Shown: positions 38,213-48,562 of the stretch, one piece after another
Position numbering within the stretch: the first letter of the stretch is position 1
Layout of the letters: each line of letters begins with the position of its first letter
From: Acidobacteriota bacterium
GTDB lineage: Bacteria > Acidobacteriota > UBA6911 > RPQK01 > JAJDTT01
NCBI GenBank assembly: GCA_965209055.1
Contig: OZ242374.1
Location: forward strand, 3,712,001 to 3,776,000
Length of the DNA stretch: 64,000 nucleotides
Direction of reading: 5' to 3'
Position numbers and translations under genes: made by a program
Notes under the pieces: model-generated
What the model saw: only the letters and a program-made list of their open reading frames with translations
Databases searched by the model: none
What the model was told of the DNA's origin: nothing

Positions 38213-39148
38213 CTACGGGACCAACGCGTGCGAGCGCTGCTCCCGCAGGGAAAACAGCACTCCGCCCAGTTGGGGGATTGGGTGTCGGCGACGTCGATAC
38301 CGGCCTTGCTGCCGATACGCCTCCAGCAACTGCGCCACCTTCTCGGCTGGCCCCACGGCCAAACCGTCCGTCAGGAATCGCAAACGCCGGCGGAACGCTC
38401 CGGCTCGGGCGAATCCACGCCGCTCCTCCTGCTGGAGGATCCACTGCGGGATCGCGGCTTGGTTGTCTTTGGTGGGGACGGCTCCCCGATAGTACAAGCG
38501 AGCCCGGTAACCACCGTACACGTCGGTTCCGGGAACCGACGGAAACAGTTCCTCCAGGGGAATCAGGTCCTCGTCCTTGCCCAACCGTCGCCAGCGGGCC
38601 GAGCCCCACTTCCACTGCTCCGGCCGGTTGGCCAGTCCCGCCCGCACGGCGTTGAGTTCCACGTACAGGACGGCGTCCTGGACGGCTTCCATTCCCAAGA
38701 GTTCCGAGTTCTTGAAACGATCACTCCAAAAATGGCCTCGCCGGCCGAACTGGCGGTTGAACCACCGGGCATAGAGTCCGTTGACGTCCGCCATCAGCCT
38801 CGACACGTCGAACAGACGCCGATTGAGAGCCTCCCACTGGACGTCGGTCCAATCGGCGGTCTTCTTCTCGGCCTGCTCGCCATAGAGCTTGTGGGTGCTC
38901 TTTTTCAACTCCTTGCGGGACAACGACCGGGGCTTCTCGAAATGGACGATGAGGTGGTAGTGATTGCCCATGATCTGGAAGGCGGCCAGACGGCAGCGGT
39001 AGGCATTGACGTAAAACACCATCATGTCCAGGAATTTGCGACGGGCCTGGGGGTCTTCCAAGGGGAACCAATCGGGTCGGCCGGCGACTCGATTGGTGAG
39101 GTGATAGAAGGCGGCTTCGGTGCTCTTGTGCCGTGCGGTTCGGGGCAT
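38213..39148 (-). CDS. HUH Y1 tyrosine transposase, REP-associated (RAYT/TnpA-like)
   Basis: MPRTAR...YHLTNR, MGNHYHL (HUH), GHFWSDRFK, YVELNAVRAGL (catalytic Tyr), WKWGS; no tnpB nearby. Confidence 0.9.
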   Translation of the reverse strand: MPRTARHKSTEAAFYHLTNRVAGRPDWFPLEDPQARRKFLDMMVFYVNAYRCRLAAFQIMGNHYHLIVHFEKPRSLSRKELKKSTHKLYGEQAEKKTADWTDVQWEALNRRLFDVSRLMADVNGLYARWFNRQFGRRGHFWSDRFKNSELLGMEAVQDAVLYVELNAVRAGLANRPEQWKWGSARWRRLGKDEDLIPLEELFPSVPGTDVYGGYRARLYYRGAVPTKDNQAAIPQWILQQEERRGFARAGAFRRRLRFLTDGLAVGPAEKVAQLLEAYRQQGRYRRRRHPIPQLGGVLFSLREQRSHALVP

Positions 39149-39246
39149 GGCGGTGGTCCTAGGTCGTCCGAACTCGGAATCGGCGGAGATCGGTTCGTGC
39201 CTCTGATAACAAGAACGACTCAGAACCGGGAAAGGCGAAGGAAACT

Positions 39247-39386
39247 CAAGAAAATCAGCATACGGAGATACAGACAGCATACGGAGATACAGACTGTCCC
39301 CTTCCAGCAAGAAAATCAGCATACGGAGATACAGACCGGAGATACAGACTGTCCCCTTTCGGAACGGTCCCCTTCCGGAACGGAAT
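39247..39386 (-). repeat. GGGGACAG-core site F with nested duplications
   Basis: CAAGAAAATCAGCATACGGAGATACAGAC x2, GGAGATACAGAC x4, GACTGTCCCCTT x2, partial GTCCCCTTCCGGAACGG. Confidence 0.85.
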
Positions 39387-39524
39387 GCGCCCTTCGTTTA
39401 CTATCTGGGAGGGATTACCCTGGATCCGCACACTGACCGGCGATTCAGGCAGGCGACATTGATTTTGCGATGATGTCAGACATTCGCAATGCGGGGGTCA
39501 ATGAGAAGGAAAGAGAAGGAGCCC

Positions 39525-39962
39525 ATGCTGATCGCAACCGGGGCACTACTCGTTTTGCTGGGGAACCTCGCTTGGGCGACGGGTGAACGCGTCTCCTGCG
39601 GCGGCCAGGCGCCAGGCGCTGAGTGTTGGATGGAGGTGGCCAACCGGCCAGGATGCTACATCTGGAACGGGCACCTCATGCGTAACCAGACGGTGACTTG
39701 GACGGGCGAGTGCGCCGGGAGCTTGGCTCAAGGGGTGGGGACTCTCAAATGGGTCTGGGCGAAGGGAAAGAAAACATCCGAGGAGACTGGGCAGCTCCGG
39801 ACCGGCAGGCAACACGGGCGATGGGTTGTGCGGCTCGCGGATGGCACTGTCGCACAAGGCCCGTTCGTGGAGGGGAAGCGACACGGGCGGTGGGTCGTGC
39901 AGGATGCGAACGGAAACAGACGAGAGATCGCCTTCAAGAAAGGCAAGCGGAGTTCTCGCTAG
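39525..39962 (+). CDS. Small secreted Cys-rich protein with MORN-like repeats
   Basis: AAGGAG RBS, signal peptide, CW.E....GCYIWN, WTGEC, G..HGRWV x2. Confidence 0.75.
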   Translation: MLIATGALLVLLGNLAWATGERVSCGGQAPGAECWMEVANRPGCYIWNGHLMRNQTVTWTGECAGSLAQGVGTLKWVWAKGKKTSEETGQLRTGRQHGRWVVRLADGTVAQGPFVEGKRHGRWVVQDANGNRREIAFKKGKRSSR

Positions 39963-39999
39963 CTCTTCTCTCCCAGCGTAGAGGCGTGCGGAGAAACAT

Positions 40000-40115
40000 G
40001 CAGGGAAACAGACTGTCCCGTTCCGCGCGCGGTCCCCTTCCGCGTTCCTCGCAGAAACAGACCGCAGAAACAGACTGTCCCCTTCCGGAATGGCCGTCCC
40101 CTTCCGGAATGGCCG
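40000..40115 (-). repeat. GGG(G)ACAG-core site G with nested duplications
   Basis: GAAACAGAC x3, ACAGACTGTCCC x2, GTCCCCTTCCGGAATGGCCG x2. Confidence 0.85.
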
Positions 40116-40194
40116 GGCGCGACGGCCATTCTCATCCTGATCCACGTCGTGGGCCGTCGGGCGTGAACGGTCTCCGAGCGTGTCCGTCTTCCCG

Positions 40195-40224
40195 TTGACA
40201 GGGCCGGAAAAGCCGCTATATGCT
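40195..40224 (+). promoter_or_regulatory. Candidate sigma70 promoter of the FAH-family gene
   Basis: TTGACA at 40195 and TATGCT 18 bp downstream. Confidence 0.5.
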
Positions 40225-40266
40225 GACGCCCTTCCCGGTTAGTCATCGACGTATTGGAGGACCTGA

Positions 40267-41118
40267 ATGATGTTGCGACGGACAAGCATATTCCTTTTGC
40301 TGGCGGGGTTGGGATTCACCCAGGCCTGTCAGGCTTCGAGCCATAAGGATCAAGGGACCCGGTATCTGCGTTTCAGCGTGGACGGCCAGGAAGCGTACGG
40401 CATTCTGGAGGGGGATCAGGTCCGTCAACTGAGCGGGGACCTCTACGGCGAATGGGAAAAGACCGAAACCACCCATGCCCTCTCGGACGTCACCATTCTG
40501 GTGCCCAGCAAGAACCCCTCCAAGGTCTTGGCCCTGGCCGGAAACTACAAGTCCCACATCGGGGATTCGGAGCCGAACCCCTATCCGGAACCCTTCATCA
40601 AGCTTCCCTCCTCCTTGCTGCCCCAGGGGGGAGATATCGTCCAGCCCTCCGACACGGATCCGGTGCACTACGAGGCCGAAGTCGTCATCGTCATCGGCAA
40701 GCGGGCCCGGAACGTGTCGCTTGAGCAGGCTATGGACTATGTCCTGGGCATCACCTGCGGCAACGACATCAGCGCCCGGACCTGGCAGAGAAACGACGTC
40801 CAATGGTGGCGGGCCAAGGCCGCGGATACCTTCAGCCCCACCGGGCCCTACATCCTCTCAGGCGTGGATTTCAGCGACTTGAACATGGTGCTCAAGGTCA
40901 ATGGGGAGGTCCGCCAGGAAGCCAAGATCTCCGACATGATCCACGGCATCGCCGAGTCGGTCAGCTTCATCAGCAAGTACGTGACCTTGGAACCGGGAGA
41001 TCTGATCTTCACCGGAACCCCGGGGACCACCAAGGGCATGCAGCCCGGAGACGAGGTCACCGTGGAGATCGACGGGGTCGGAGTCCTGAAGAACAAGATC
41101 GTCGCCGCCGGTTCCTGA
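40267..41118 (+). CDS. Fumarylacetoacetate hydrolase-family protein with signal-peptide-like N-terminus
   Basis: NYKSH, HYEAE, NDISAR, KAADTF.P.GP, GDLIFTGTPG. Confidence 0.92.
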   Translation: MMLRRTSIFLLLAGLGFTQACQASSHKDQGTRYLRFSVDGQEAYGILEGDQVRQLSGDLYGEWEKTETTHALSDVTILVPSKNPSKVLALAGNYKSHIGDSEPNPYPEPFIKLPSSLLPQGGDIVQPSDTDPVHYEAEVVIVIGKRARNVSLEQAMDYVLGITCGNDISARTWQRNDVQWWRAKAADTFSPTGPYILSGVDFSDLNMVLKVNGEVRQEAKISDMIHGIAESVSFISKYVTLEPGDLIFTGTPGTTKGMQPGDEVTVEIDGVGVLKNKIVAAGS

Positions 41119-41183
41119 CGGCTCGAGAGAACAAGAATTCGGCGTCCCCCGGGGCACTCCCCAGCGGGACGCCGAAGATCCAT

Positions 41184-42377
41184 TCAGCTCTTGGAATCGT
41201 AGAGCACGGATGCGGTGAAGCTCAGCAGGTCTCCCTGGTCTTGGGACACCTCGCGGAGGCGGTCGTAGTCTCCGGAAATCTGGCAGAGCTGCGGGACCGA
41301 CAAGCACTTCAGTTCGTGAGCCGGAAAGTCCTTCAGATACTTCACCCCGACCTCGATGGCCTCGTCGTAGCGTTCGATCCTCTCCAGCAGGCGCACCAGG
41401 GCCTGGGCGGCGGCGGTCCCATCCGGGTCCGAATCCGAACCACCCAGCTTCTTCCTGAAATGCGCCACCCCCTCCGAGACCTCCCGGCCCAGTAGCGCCT
41501 TCAGGTAGAAGGAGTGGTCCGTGTAGAGATCCTCGAACGGAGGCTCGCCGGGATATTGGAACATTTCCGACAGGCACCGCCCATAGTCGGTGAGTTCCAG
41601 GGCCAGGATCAGAGAGTCTCGATCTTCCAATCGGGGACTCAATTGGACCACGGAACTGACGTGCGAGGTGTCGATGTAGTAGGTGTTGCCTTCGAAGAGC
41701 CAGTCCCGGCCGGCGATCAGCTCGCTGATGCTCCCGGTGTCCGGAGCCGTCCCGTCCCGGCGCCGGACGCTGCTTTTCAGGTTGGCTAGCAGCTCCGCGT
41801 GGAGCGTCCGCACCAGTAGCCGTCCCGACTCCTCCTGTCCGTCCGAACTCGGAAACTGGGAGAATGAGGTGATGGCCCGGCAGGTTCCGTAGCGGGCCAG
41901 GATCATCTCGAATCCCTTGCTGGGATTCGCCCCTTCGTAGAAGGCGATCTCGATGACGGCGTCCTCGGCTTCGTCGGCGGGGATGGCCTCGATCGCCCCG
42001 GCGATGGAACCGTTCTCGCCGATGGCACGGAAATAGGGCCAGGAAGCGATGATGTCGCCGTCCGCCAGGAAGTGTTCTCCCACCTCCCGGGCGGCGGCGA
42101 TGGTGGCCTGCTCGTATTCGCCCTGAGTCTCGGGATCGAGTCCGGAAGCCGATTCGGTCAGGATCAGCGGAAGCCCCAACTGATGGCGCTTCTGCATCAG
42201 TCTGGCTTCGAAGAGCAGCGGATATTTCTTCTCCGCCTTGAGGTTCGAGATCAGGGACCCGAATGCTGCTTCCGATCCCGCGGACCGGGCCGATTCCAGA
42301 ATCTCTCCGAAGGGGTCCCGAACCGGATTCACGGTCGCGGTCAGGCCTTTCAGGAACCCGCGCCGGTCATGTGCCAT
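41184..42377 (-). CDS. Hypothetical all-helical protein
   Basis: Long ORF with host codon bias filling the gap; no family recognised. Confidence 0.7.
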   Translation of the reverse strand: MAHDRRGFLKGLTATVNPVRDPFGEILESARSAGSEAAFGSLISNLKAEKKYPLLFEARLMQKRHQLGLPLILTESASGLDPETQGEYEQATIAAAREVGEHFLADGDIIASWPYFRAIGENGSIAGAIEAIPADEAEDAVIEIAFYEGANPSKGFEMILARYGTCRAITSFSQFPSSDGQEESGRLLVRTLHAELLANLKSSVRRRDGTAPDTGSISELIAGRDWLFEGNTYYIDTSHVSSVVQLSPRLEDRDSLILALELTDYGRCLSEMFQYPGEPPFEDLYTDHSFYLKALLGREVSEGVAHFRKKLGGSDSDPDGTAAAQALVRLLERIERYDEAIEVGVKYLKDFPAHELKCLSVPQLCQISGDYDRLREVSQDQGDLLSFTASVLYDSKS

Positions 42378-42503
42378 GGGTCACACTATAGCACTTCCAG
42401 ACGTGGCGGAGAGTCGGCGAACCGCCGCCGAAGCTCCTGGAATCAGGGCGGCTCAATTGACACTCCCTGGTTCAGCGCGTATACGGGTGCGACCGATCAA
42501 CCC

Positions 42504-43724
42504 GTGGCGAAAAATCAGCAAAAGATCACGTCTGAACTTTGGGGATGGAGCCGGGACTTCAAGCTGCTGGCGCTGTCCTCCGGACTCTTGAGCGCCGGGT
42601 TCGCGGTCTACATGACCACCTTCAACAACTTCATCGTCGAGGAGATCGGGATCCAGCCCCATCAATTCGGCGTCTTGGAGTCGATCCGGGAAATCCCAGG
42701 GTTCCTGACGGTGGGGTTGGTCGCCATCTCCATCCGGTTTCCGGCCGCTCGCCTCGCGGGGTTTCTGCTGATCCTGACCGGCATTGGCGTCGCCGCCTAC
42801 TTCGGCGTCCACTCCGTCGGCAGCCTGATCCTGGCCTCTCTGGTCTGGAGCGTGGGCTTTCACGGCTGGCTTCCGCAGCGGGAGACCCTGGCCCTGACCC
42901 TGTCGGACGCCCACAAAGGGAGGCGCCTGGGGCAACTCCGAAGCATCGACGAGTCGGGCTTTCTGCTGGCCATGGCCCTGACCTTCGGGTTCATCGGATT
43001 CGTGGGGTTCCGCTGGGTCTTCCTGGCGGCCGGTTTGGCGGTGATCCTGGGAGGATTCGCCATCTTTCCGGTCCGTGTCCCTGCGGCCGTCACATCCGAG
43101 GACCGGTTCGTTTTCCGCCGTGAGTACTTCATCTATTATCTCCTGACCTTCTTCCAGGGGTGCCGGCGCCAGGTCTTCGTCATTTTCGCCGTCTTCTCCA
43201 TGGTCTTCGTCCATGGCGCGACCACGGAGCACATCATCGTCCTCATGTTCGTCAGCACCCTGCTGGCGGTCCTGGCGGCGCCCACGGTCGGACGCCTGAT
43301 CGACCGGTTGGGAGAGCGCAAGATTCTCAGCGCCGCCTACTCGATGTTGATCCTGATCTTCTGGGGCTACTCCTTCATTCAGAACAAGTGGGTGCTCTAT
43401 GCCCTTTATTGCGTGGACCGCCTTCTGTTTCTGGCTTCCGTATCTTTGAGCACCTATCTCAACAGGATCGCCCGCACCGCCGACCTGCGCCCGACCATCT
43501 CACTAGGTGTGACGCTGAACCACGTGGCGGCGGTGACCCTGCCACTGGTCGGCGGATTCCTGTGGGATCGATTCGGGTACGCCCTCATCTTCCAGATCGG
43601 ATCCGTGGTGGCGGTGATCATTCTGATCATTGCCCAGTTCATCGAGCCTGCTGAAACCACGCCCTCAACTGACAGCGTTGAGGAATCGTTCAGAACAGCT
43701 CCAGCTGACGATCATCACCGATGA
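42504..43724 (+). CDS. MFS transporter
   Basis: About 12 TM segments, ESIREIPG, GRLIDRLGER; GTG start after a TTGACA-N17-TATACG candidate promoter. Confidence 0.9.
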   Translation: MAKNQQKITSELWGWSRDFKLLALSSGLLSAGFAVYMTTFNNFIVEEIGIQPHQFGVLESIREIPGFLTVGLVAISIRFPAARLAGFLLILTGIGVAAYFGVHSVGSLILASLVWSVGFHGWLPQRETLALTLSDAHKGRRLGQLRSIDESGFLLAMALTFGFIGFVGFRWVFLAAGLAVILGGFAIFPVRVPAAVTSEDRFVFRREYFIYYLLTFFQGCRRQVFVIFAVFSMVFVHGATTEHIIVLMFVSTLLAVLAAPTVGRLIDRLGERKILSAAYSMLILIFWGYSFIQNKWVLYALYCVDRLLFLASVSLSTYLNRIARTADLRPTISLGVTLNHVAAVTLPLVGGFLWDRFGYALIFQIGSVVAVIILIIAQFIEPAETTPSTDSVEESFRTAPADDHHR

Positions 43725-46005
43725 CCTTCGCGAACTTCAGGCCCAGGTGGTCCAGGACCGGTTGGGCTACCGAGCGAACCTGTTTTTGGACGTAGTGCTC
43801 ACGGTCGATGCCGGCCGTGGTCTCGCCCGCCGGTTCCGGACCGGCCAGAGTCATGAGATAGGAGATCCGGCGTCCCGGCTTCCCGGTCATCTTGCGGGCC
43901 GCGGCAACGTGCGGGGGAGTCGTGCTCCGGTATTCGTCGAGCGGTTTCCCCAGCGTCTTGCTGTAGACGAGCAGGTGGTCCAGACGGCCCGCGCGGAGGC
44001 TCGCCACGGTATCGCGCAGGTAGGGGCCGACGTCGGTTTCGGCGAAGAGCCTCCGGTACAGTTCCTTCTGGACCCTCCTGGCCAGTGCGGTCCAGTCGGT
44101 CCGGACCACCTCCATGCCGGTGAAGACCACCTCGGCATCGGGCCCGTCGCCGACGAAGCCCACGTACCGCTTGCGGGCGCCGCGCCCCCCTTGGCGGGTC
44201 GCCGGGATGAAGAATTTCCGGTAGAGCCGCTCCAGCTCCAACTCCAGGCGGCTCTTCACCCTCCACTTTTCCGAGACATGGCTCACCAGGTCCCGGTTGA
44301 GGCGCCGCGCCAATTCGTCTCCCCGGGCCTGGGCCGCGGCGGTGGTCTGCTCGCCGGAGAGTACGAAGAGGCTGTCGGTGTCTCCGTATAGGACGCGGTA
44401 ACCGTAGTGCCTGAATCGGTCCCGGGACCAGAGCAGGATCTCCCGGCCGAAGGTGGTGATGGCCGCGGCCAGTTGGGGCCGGTAGAAGCGGCAGGCCGGA
44501 GTGCCCAGGACGCCGTAGAAGGAGTTCATGAGGATCTTGATGGCGTGGCTGGCGACCTGGTTGCCTGCGGCCTTGGCGGCGTCGCGGCGCGGAAAGAGAT
44601 GGTTCAGCAGTTGTGTCAGGATGCCGGGTTCGCGCCGGAAGGCGGCCCCGTTGGGGGCCACGATGGAGTCCTGATCCGGATCGGGCCGGGCGAGGTAGCC
44701 GAGGGGATCGATCTGGAAGGTGCGGATCAGGCTGGGGTAAAGGCTCTTGAAGTCGAAGACCAGAACCTGTTCGTAGAGGCCCGGCTCGGGCTCCAGGACG
44801 TGTCCCCCCGGACTGGGGGCCGCGCTGGAGGCGGCGCCGACACTGGGCGCGGCGATGCGCCTCTTGTGGAGTTCCGTCAGGTAGCGGAAGTCGAAGGCCG
44901 CGATGGACCCGCTCACCCGGTCGATGGGGAGACCGGTCAACCGGCTTCGCTCCACGGCCAGGTCCATGACCTTCAGTTTTTCCAGGATTTCCAGGGCCAG
45001 CCGGGCGTCGGTCCGGTTGTAGAGCACGAATCGTTCCCGGTCGTTGCGGAAGCTCTCCACGATCTCGGCCGGGCGGTCGGCCCCGTGGAGCGTCTTCCCC
45101 TCTCCCAGCACCTGCCGGGCGGCGAAGTCCAGGGAGTAGCGTTCGAGCCGGACGAAGGATCCCCGGAGAAGGTGGATCCCGTCGGCCACCACCCGGCCCG
45201 GAATCCGGGCCTCCCGATTGGCCCACGGGGAGCGGGAAGGCCGCAGCCTCATGGGCTCGCGTCCGCGCCCCAACCGGAGTGGAACACCGCAGTCACGGCT
45301 CAGGCGGTCCAGGACACGAAGGTCGAAGTCCACCACGTTCCAGCCGGTGAGGACGTCCGGGTCCAGTTCCCGGATTCTCCGGCAGAAAGCCCGTAGAAAT
45401 CCCTCCTTCCGCCGGAAGCAGACGGCCCCTCCCGCCGATTCGCCCCCGTCCGGGTCCAGCAGCAGGACCTCCGACGTCCCGCAGCCGTGCAGAGCCACCG
45501 AAAACACGGTCTTGGCGCCGGGGTCGGTCTCGATATCCAGGGAAAGGGTCGAAAGCCGTGGTGTCCAGTTCGCCGGAGACAGATTGGGGTTCTGGTAGAC
45601 CCATCCCAGTCCGGGGACCCGGCGCCCCTCTCCGTCGATCTCCAGCGAACCGCGGATCCCGCGATTGATCAGGAACCGGGTGGCGAAGGGGATGTCCGCC
45701 TCATAGCAGGGGATGTGATGCTCGATGAGGCGATTGCGCAGAGCGGGAGTGTCGGACGGCATCCGGAGATTGACTCGCGCCAGAGGAGTTCCATCCATGG
45801 CGCGAAAGCGGGACGGGACCAGGGACCGCGCGTTCAGTTGCCGCGCCCGGGCCTGGTGCCGCGAAGCGATGTAGAAGTGGGGGATCTCCCGGTCGTCACG
45901 GACCAGAAACGGGTCTCCGCTCTCCAGGCGGCCGAACAGATGCACCACGGGACGCCGGGATTCGATGCGATAGGTGGCTTGCAGAATGAAACCGCGGATG
46001 GGCAT
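43690..46005 (-). CDS. polB: DNA polymerase II (family B)
   Basis: DIET exo I, GWNVVDFD exo II, FDFKSLYPS, KILMNSFYG, YGDTDS, C-terminal clamp-binding QLELF. Confidence 0.95.
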   Translation of the reverse strand: MPIRGFILQATYRIESRRPVVHLFGRLESGDPFLVRDDREIPHFYIASRHQARARQLNARSLVPSRFRAMDGTPLARVNLRMPSDTPALRNRLIEHHIPCYEADIPFATRFLINRGIRGSLEIDGEGRRVPGLGWVYQNPNLSPANWTPRLSTLSLDIETDPGAKTVFSVALHGCGTSEVLLLDPDGGESAGGAVCFRRKEGFLRAFCRRIRELDPDVLTGWNVVDFDLRVLDRLSRDCGVPLRLGRGREPMRLRPSRSPWANREARIPGRVVADGIHLLRGSFVRLERYSLDFAARQVLGEGKTLHGADRPAEIVESFRNDRERFVLYNRTDARLALEILEKLKVMDLAVERSRLTGLPIDRVSGSIAAFDFRYLTELHKRRIAAPSVGAASSAAPSPGGHVLEPEPGLYEQVLVFDFKSLYPSLIRTFQIDPLGYLARPDPDQDSIVAPNGAAFRREPGILTQLLNHLFPRRDAAKAAGNQVASHAIKILMNSFYGVLGTPACRFYRPQLAAAITTFGREILLWSRDRFRHYGYRVLYGDTDSLFVLSGEQTTAAAQARGDELARRLNRDLVSHVSEKWRVKSRLELELERLYRKFFIPATRQGGRGARKRYVGFVGDGPDAEVVFTGMEVVRTDWTALARRVQKELYRRLFAETDVGPYLRDTVASLRAGRLDHLLVYSKTLGKPLDEYRSTTPPHVAAARKMTGKPGRRISYLMTLAGPEPAGETTAGIDREHYVQKQVRSVAQPVLDHLGLKFAKVIGDDRQLELF

Positions 46006-46083
46006 CCTGGATTCCCGGGTTTCCTTCCATTTTACGCGTCCTCGGCGGAAATGCCTCACCGTGGCCGGGGACGCGGGTCACGT

Positions 46084-46165
46084 CCAGGAGCGGCGGTTTC
46101 CCAACCGCCGGACTCCGGTGTGACAACCTGGCGGCGAAGACTGGGCGATTGGAATTCGCCCCTCA
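46084..46165. repeat. REP doublet downstream of phoU
   Basis: CCAGGAG-CGGCGGTT TCCC AACCGCCG on + and GAGGGGCGAATTCCAATCGCCC on -. Confidence 0.7.
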
Positions 46166-46176
46166 TGAGGAGGCAA

Positions 46177-46866
46177 TCAATTCCGATCCGGGGGAATGGG
46201 TTTCCGGTAGTCCTTGTTCCGATGTCGGATCAGATCACCGTCCACCATGAAGACCACGTCTTCGGCAATATTGGTGCAAAGGTCCGCAATCCGCTCCAGG
46301 TTCCGGGAGGTGGACAGCAGGTGGACCGACCGCTCCACCGTGTCGGGGTCCTGTCTCATCAGTTCTTGCAGCGAGGTGAACATATCCCGGTTGATGGCAT
46401 CGATCTCGTCATCCATGCTGAGGACCGTCCGGGCCAGGTTGGTGTCCATCCGGATGAGGGCGTCCAGGCTGTCCCGTACCATCCGGCGGACGCCCGTCAC
46501 CATCTGCGCGAAGTCCAGCGAAACCTTCAGCGCCGGGTGAACGGAAAGGTAGGACGCTCGTTCGGCGATATTGACGGCCAGATCGCCCATGCGCTCCAGA
46601 TCGTTGTTGACTTTCAGCACCGTGATGATGAATCGAAGGTCTCCGGCAACCGGTTGATAGAGCGCCAAGGCCTTGAGGCAGTCCTCCTCCAGATCCACTT
46701 CCCTGATATCGATCTGGCGGTCTCCGGAAATGACCTCTTCCGCCAAGTCGTGCCGGCGGTCGAGCAACGCCAGGATGGCGTTGTTGATGGCCTCCTCGAC
46801 GATGCCTCCCAAGCCGAGGAGCTTCCGCTTCAGGTTTTCGAAGTCGCGCACCATGTGCTTGGTCAT
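46177..46866 (-). CDS. phoU: Phosphate signalling protein PhoU
   Basis: QPVAGDLR, DLERMGDLAVNIAE, LERIADLCTNIAE. Confidence 0.96.
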   Translation of the reverse strand: MTKHMVRDFENLKRKLLGLGGIVEEAINNAILALLDRRHDLAEEVISGDRQIDIREVDLEEDCLKALALYQPVAGDLRFIITVLKVNNDLERMGDLAVNIAERASYLSVHPALKVSLDFAQMVTGVRRMVRDSLDALIRMDTNLARTVLSMDDEIDAINRDMFTSLQELMRQDPDTVERSVHLLSTSRNLERIADLCTNIAEDVVFMVDGDLIRHRNKDYRKPIPPDRN

Positions 46867-46930
46867 GGTTAGCCTCGCGGACCGGGGCTGCCTGACGTCG
46901 GTATCGTCGGGTTACAGCCCGCCGATTCTC

Positions 46931-47683
<753 letters not shown>

Positions 47684-47704
47684 GGCCAACAATTCAGTCT
47701 GGAC

Positions 47705-48562
47705 TTATCTTCCCGTTTTTCTCCCCAGCCGGTGCCGGATATAGATGGCAGTCGCGTTCATCAGAAGCAAGACTACCAGCAGCACGATGATGCCGGCGGC
47801 GGCCACATAGTGGAATTCCTGCTGGGGCCGTGAAGACCAATTGAAGATCTGGATGGGAAGAGTCGTAAAAGGGGACATCGGATTCTCCGGCACGAAGGCC
47901 ACGTAGGTGAGGGCTCCGATCATGATCAGGGGAGCCGTCTCGCCGATGGCGCGGGAAACGGCCAGGATGACGCCGGTGAGGATTCCAGGGAAGGCGGACG
48001 GTAGAACATGGTGCCGCACCGTCTCCCAACGAGTCGCTCCCAGGGCGTACGAGGCGTGCCGGATGGACTGGGGCACGGCCCGGATCGCCTCCCGGGAGGC
48101 AATGACGATCACCGGCAGGATCAGCAACGCCAAGGTCAGGCTGCCGGCCAGCACGCTCCGCTCAAGGGCCATCATCCGCACGAAGATGACGAGTCCCAGG
48201 ATGCCGAAGACGATGGAGGGGACTCCCGAAAGATTGGACAGGTTGATTTCGATCCAGCGCGCCAGCCTCCCCTTCCTTGCATACTCCTCCAGGTAGATGG
48301 CGGTCGCCACCCCCAGAGGGATGGAAAAGAGGGCGGTGAAGCTGATCACCCAGCAGGTTCCCCAGAGCGCCGACTTGATGCCGGCCCGATCGGGAAAACG
48401 GGAGGGGAACGATTGGAGGAACTCCAAGTTGAGCCAACCCACTCCCTGGCGGCTGACGTGATAAAGCAGCATCGCCAGCAGCAGGACGCCGCCCCAGGTC
48501 ACCATGGCGCAGACGTGACGGAAGATGGAAGCCAGACGCCGGCGAGCGGCCAGACTCTTCAT
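47705..48562 (-). CDS. pstA: Phosphate ABC transporter permease
   Basis: [20 protein letters not shown]; operon position. Confidence 0.95.
   Translation of the reverse strand: MKSLAARRRLASIFRHVCAMVTWGGVLLLAMLLYHVSRQGVGWLNLEFLQSFPSRFPDRAGIKSALWGTCWVISFTALFSIPLGVATAIYLEEYARKGRLARWIEINLSNLSGVPSIVFGILGLVIFVRMMALERSVLAGSLTLALLILPVIVIASREAIRAVPQSIRHASYALGATRWETVRHHVLPSAFPGILTGVILAVSRAIGETAPLIMIGALTYVAFVPENPMSPFTTLPIQIFNWSSRPQQEFHYVAAAGIIVLLVVLLLMNATAIYIRHRLGRKTGR

Noticed and set aside
39149-39322. 58-aa N-terminal extension of the transposase ORF
   Set aside because: It runs through the repeat site; the MPRTAR start at 39148 fits the family.
37892-40115. CRISPR array interpretation of the short repeats near the transposase
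   Set aside because: Units are irregular and nested, there are no constant-length unique spacers, and no cas genes are present.
43690-46005. polB as a sign of a prophage or self-synthesising element
   Set aside because: Typical cellular Pol II with a clamp-binding motif; no phage, integrase or cas1 neighbours.
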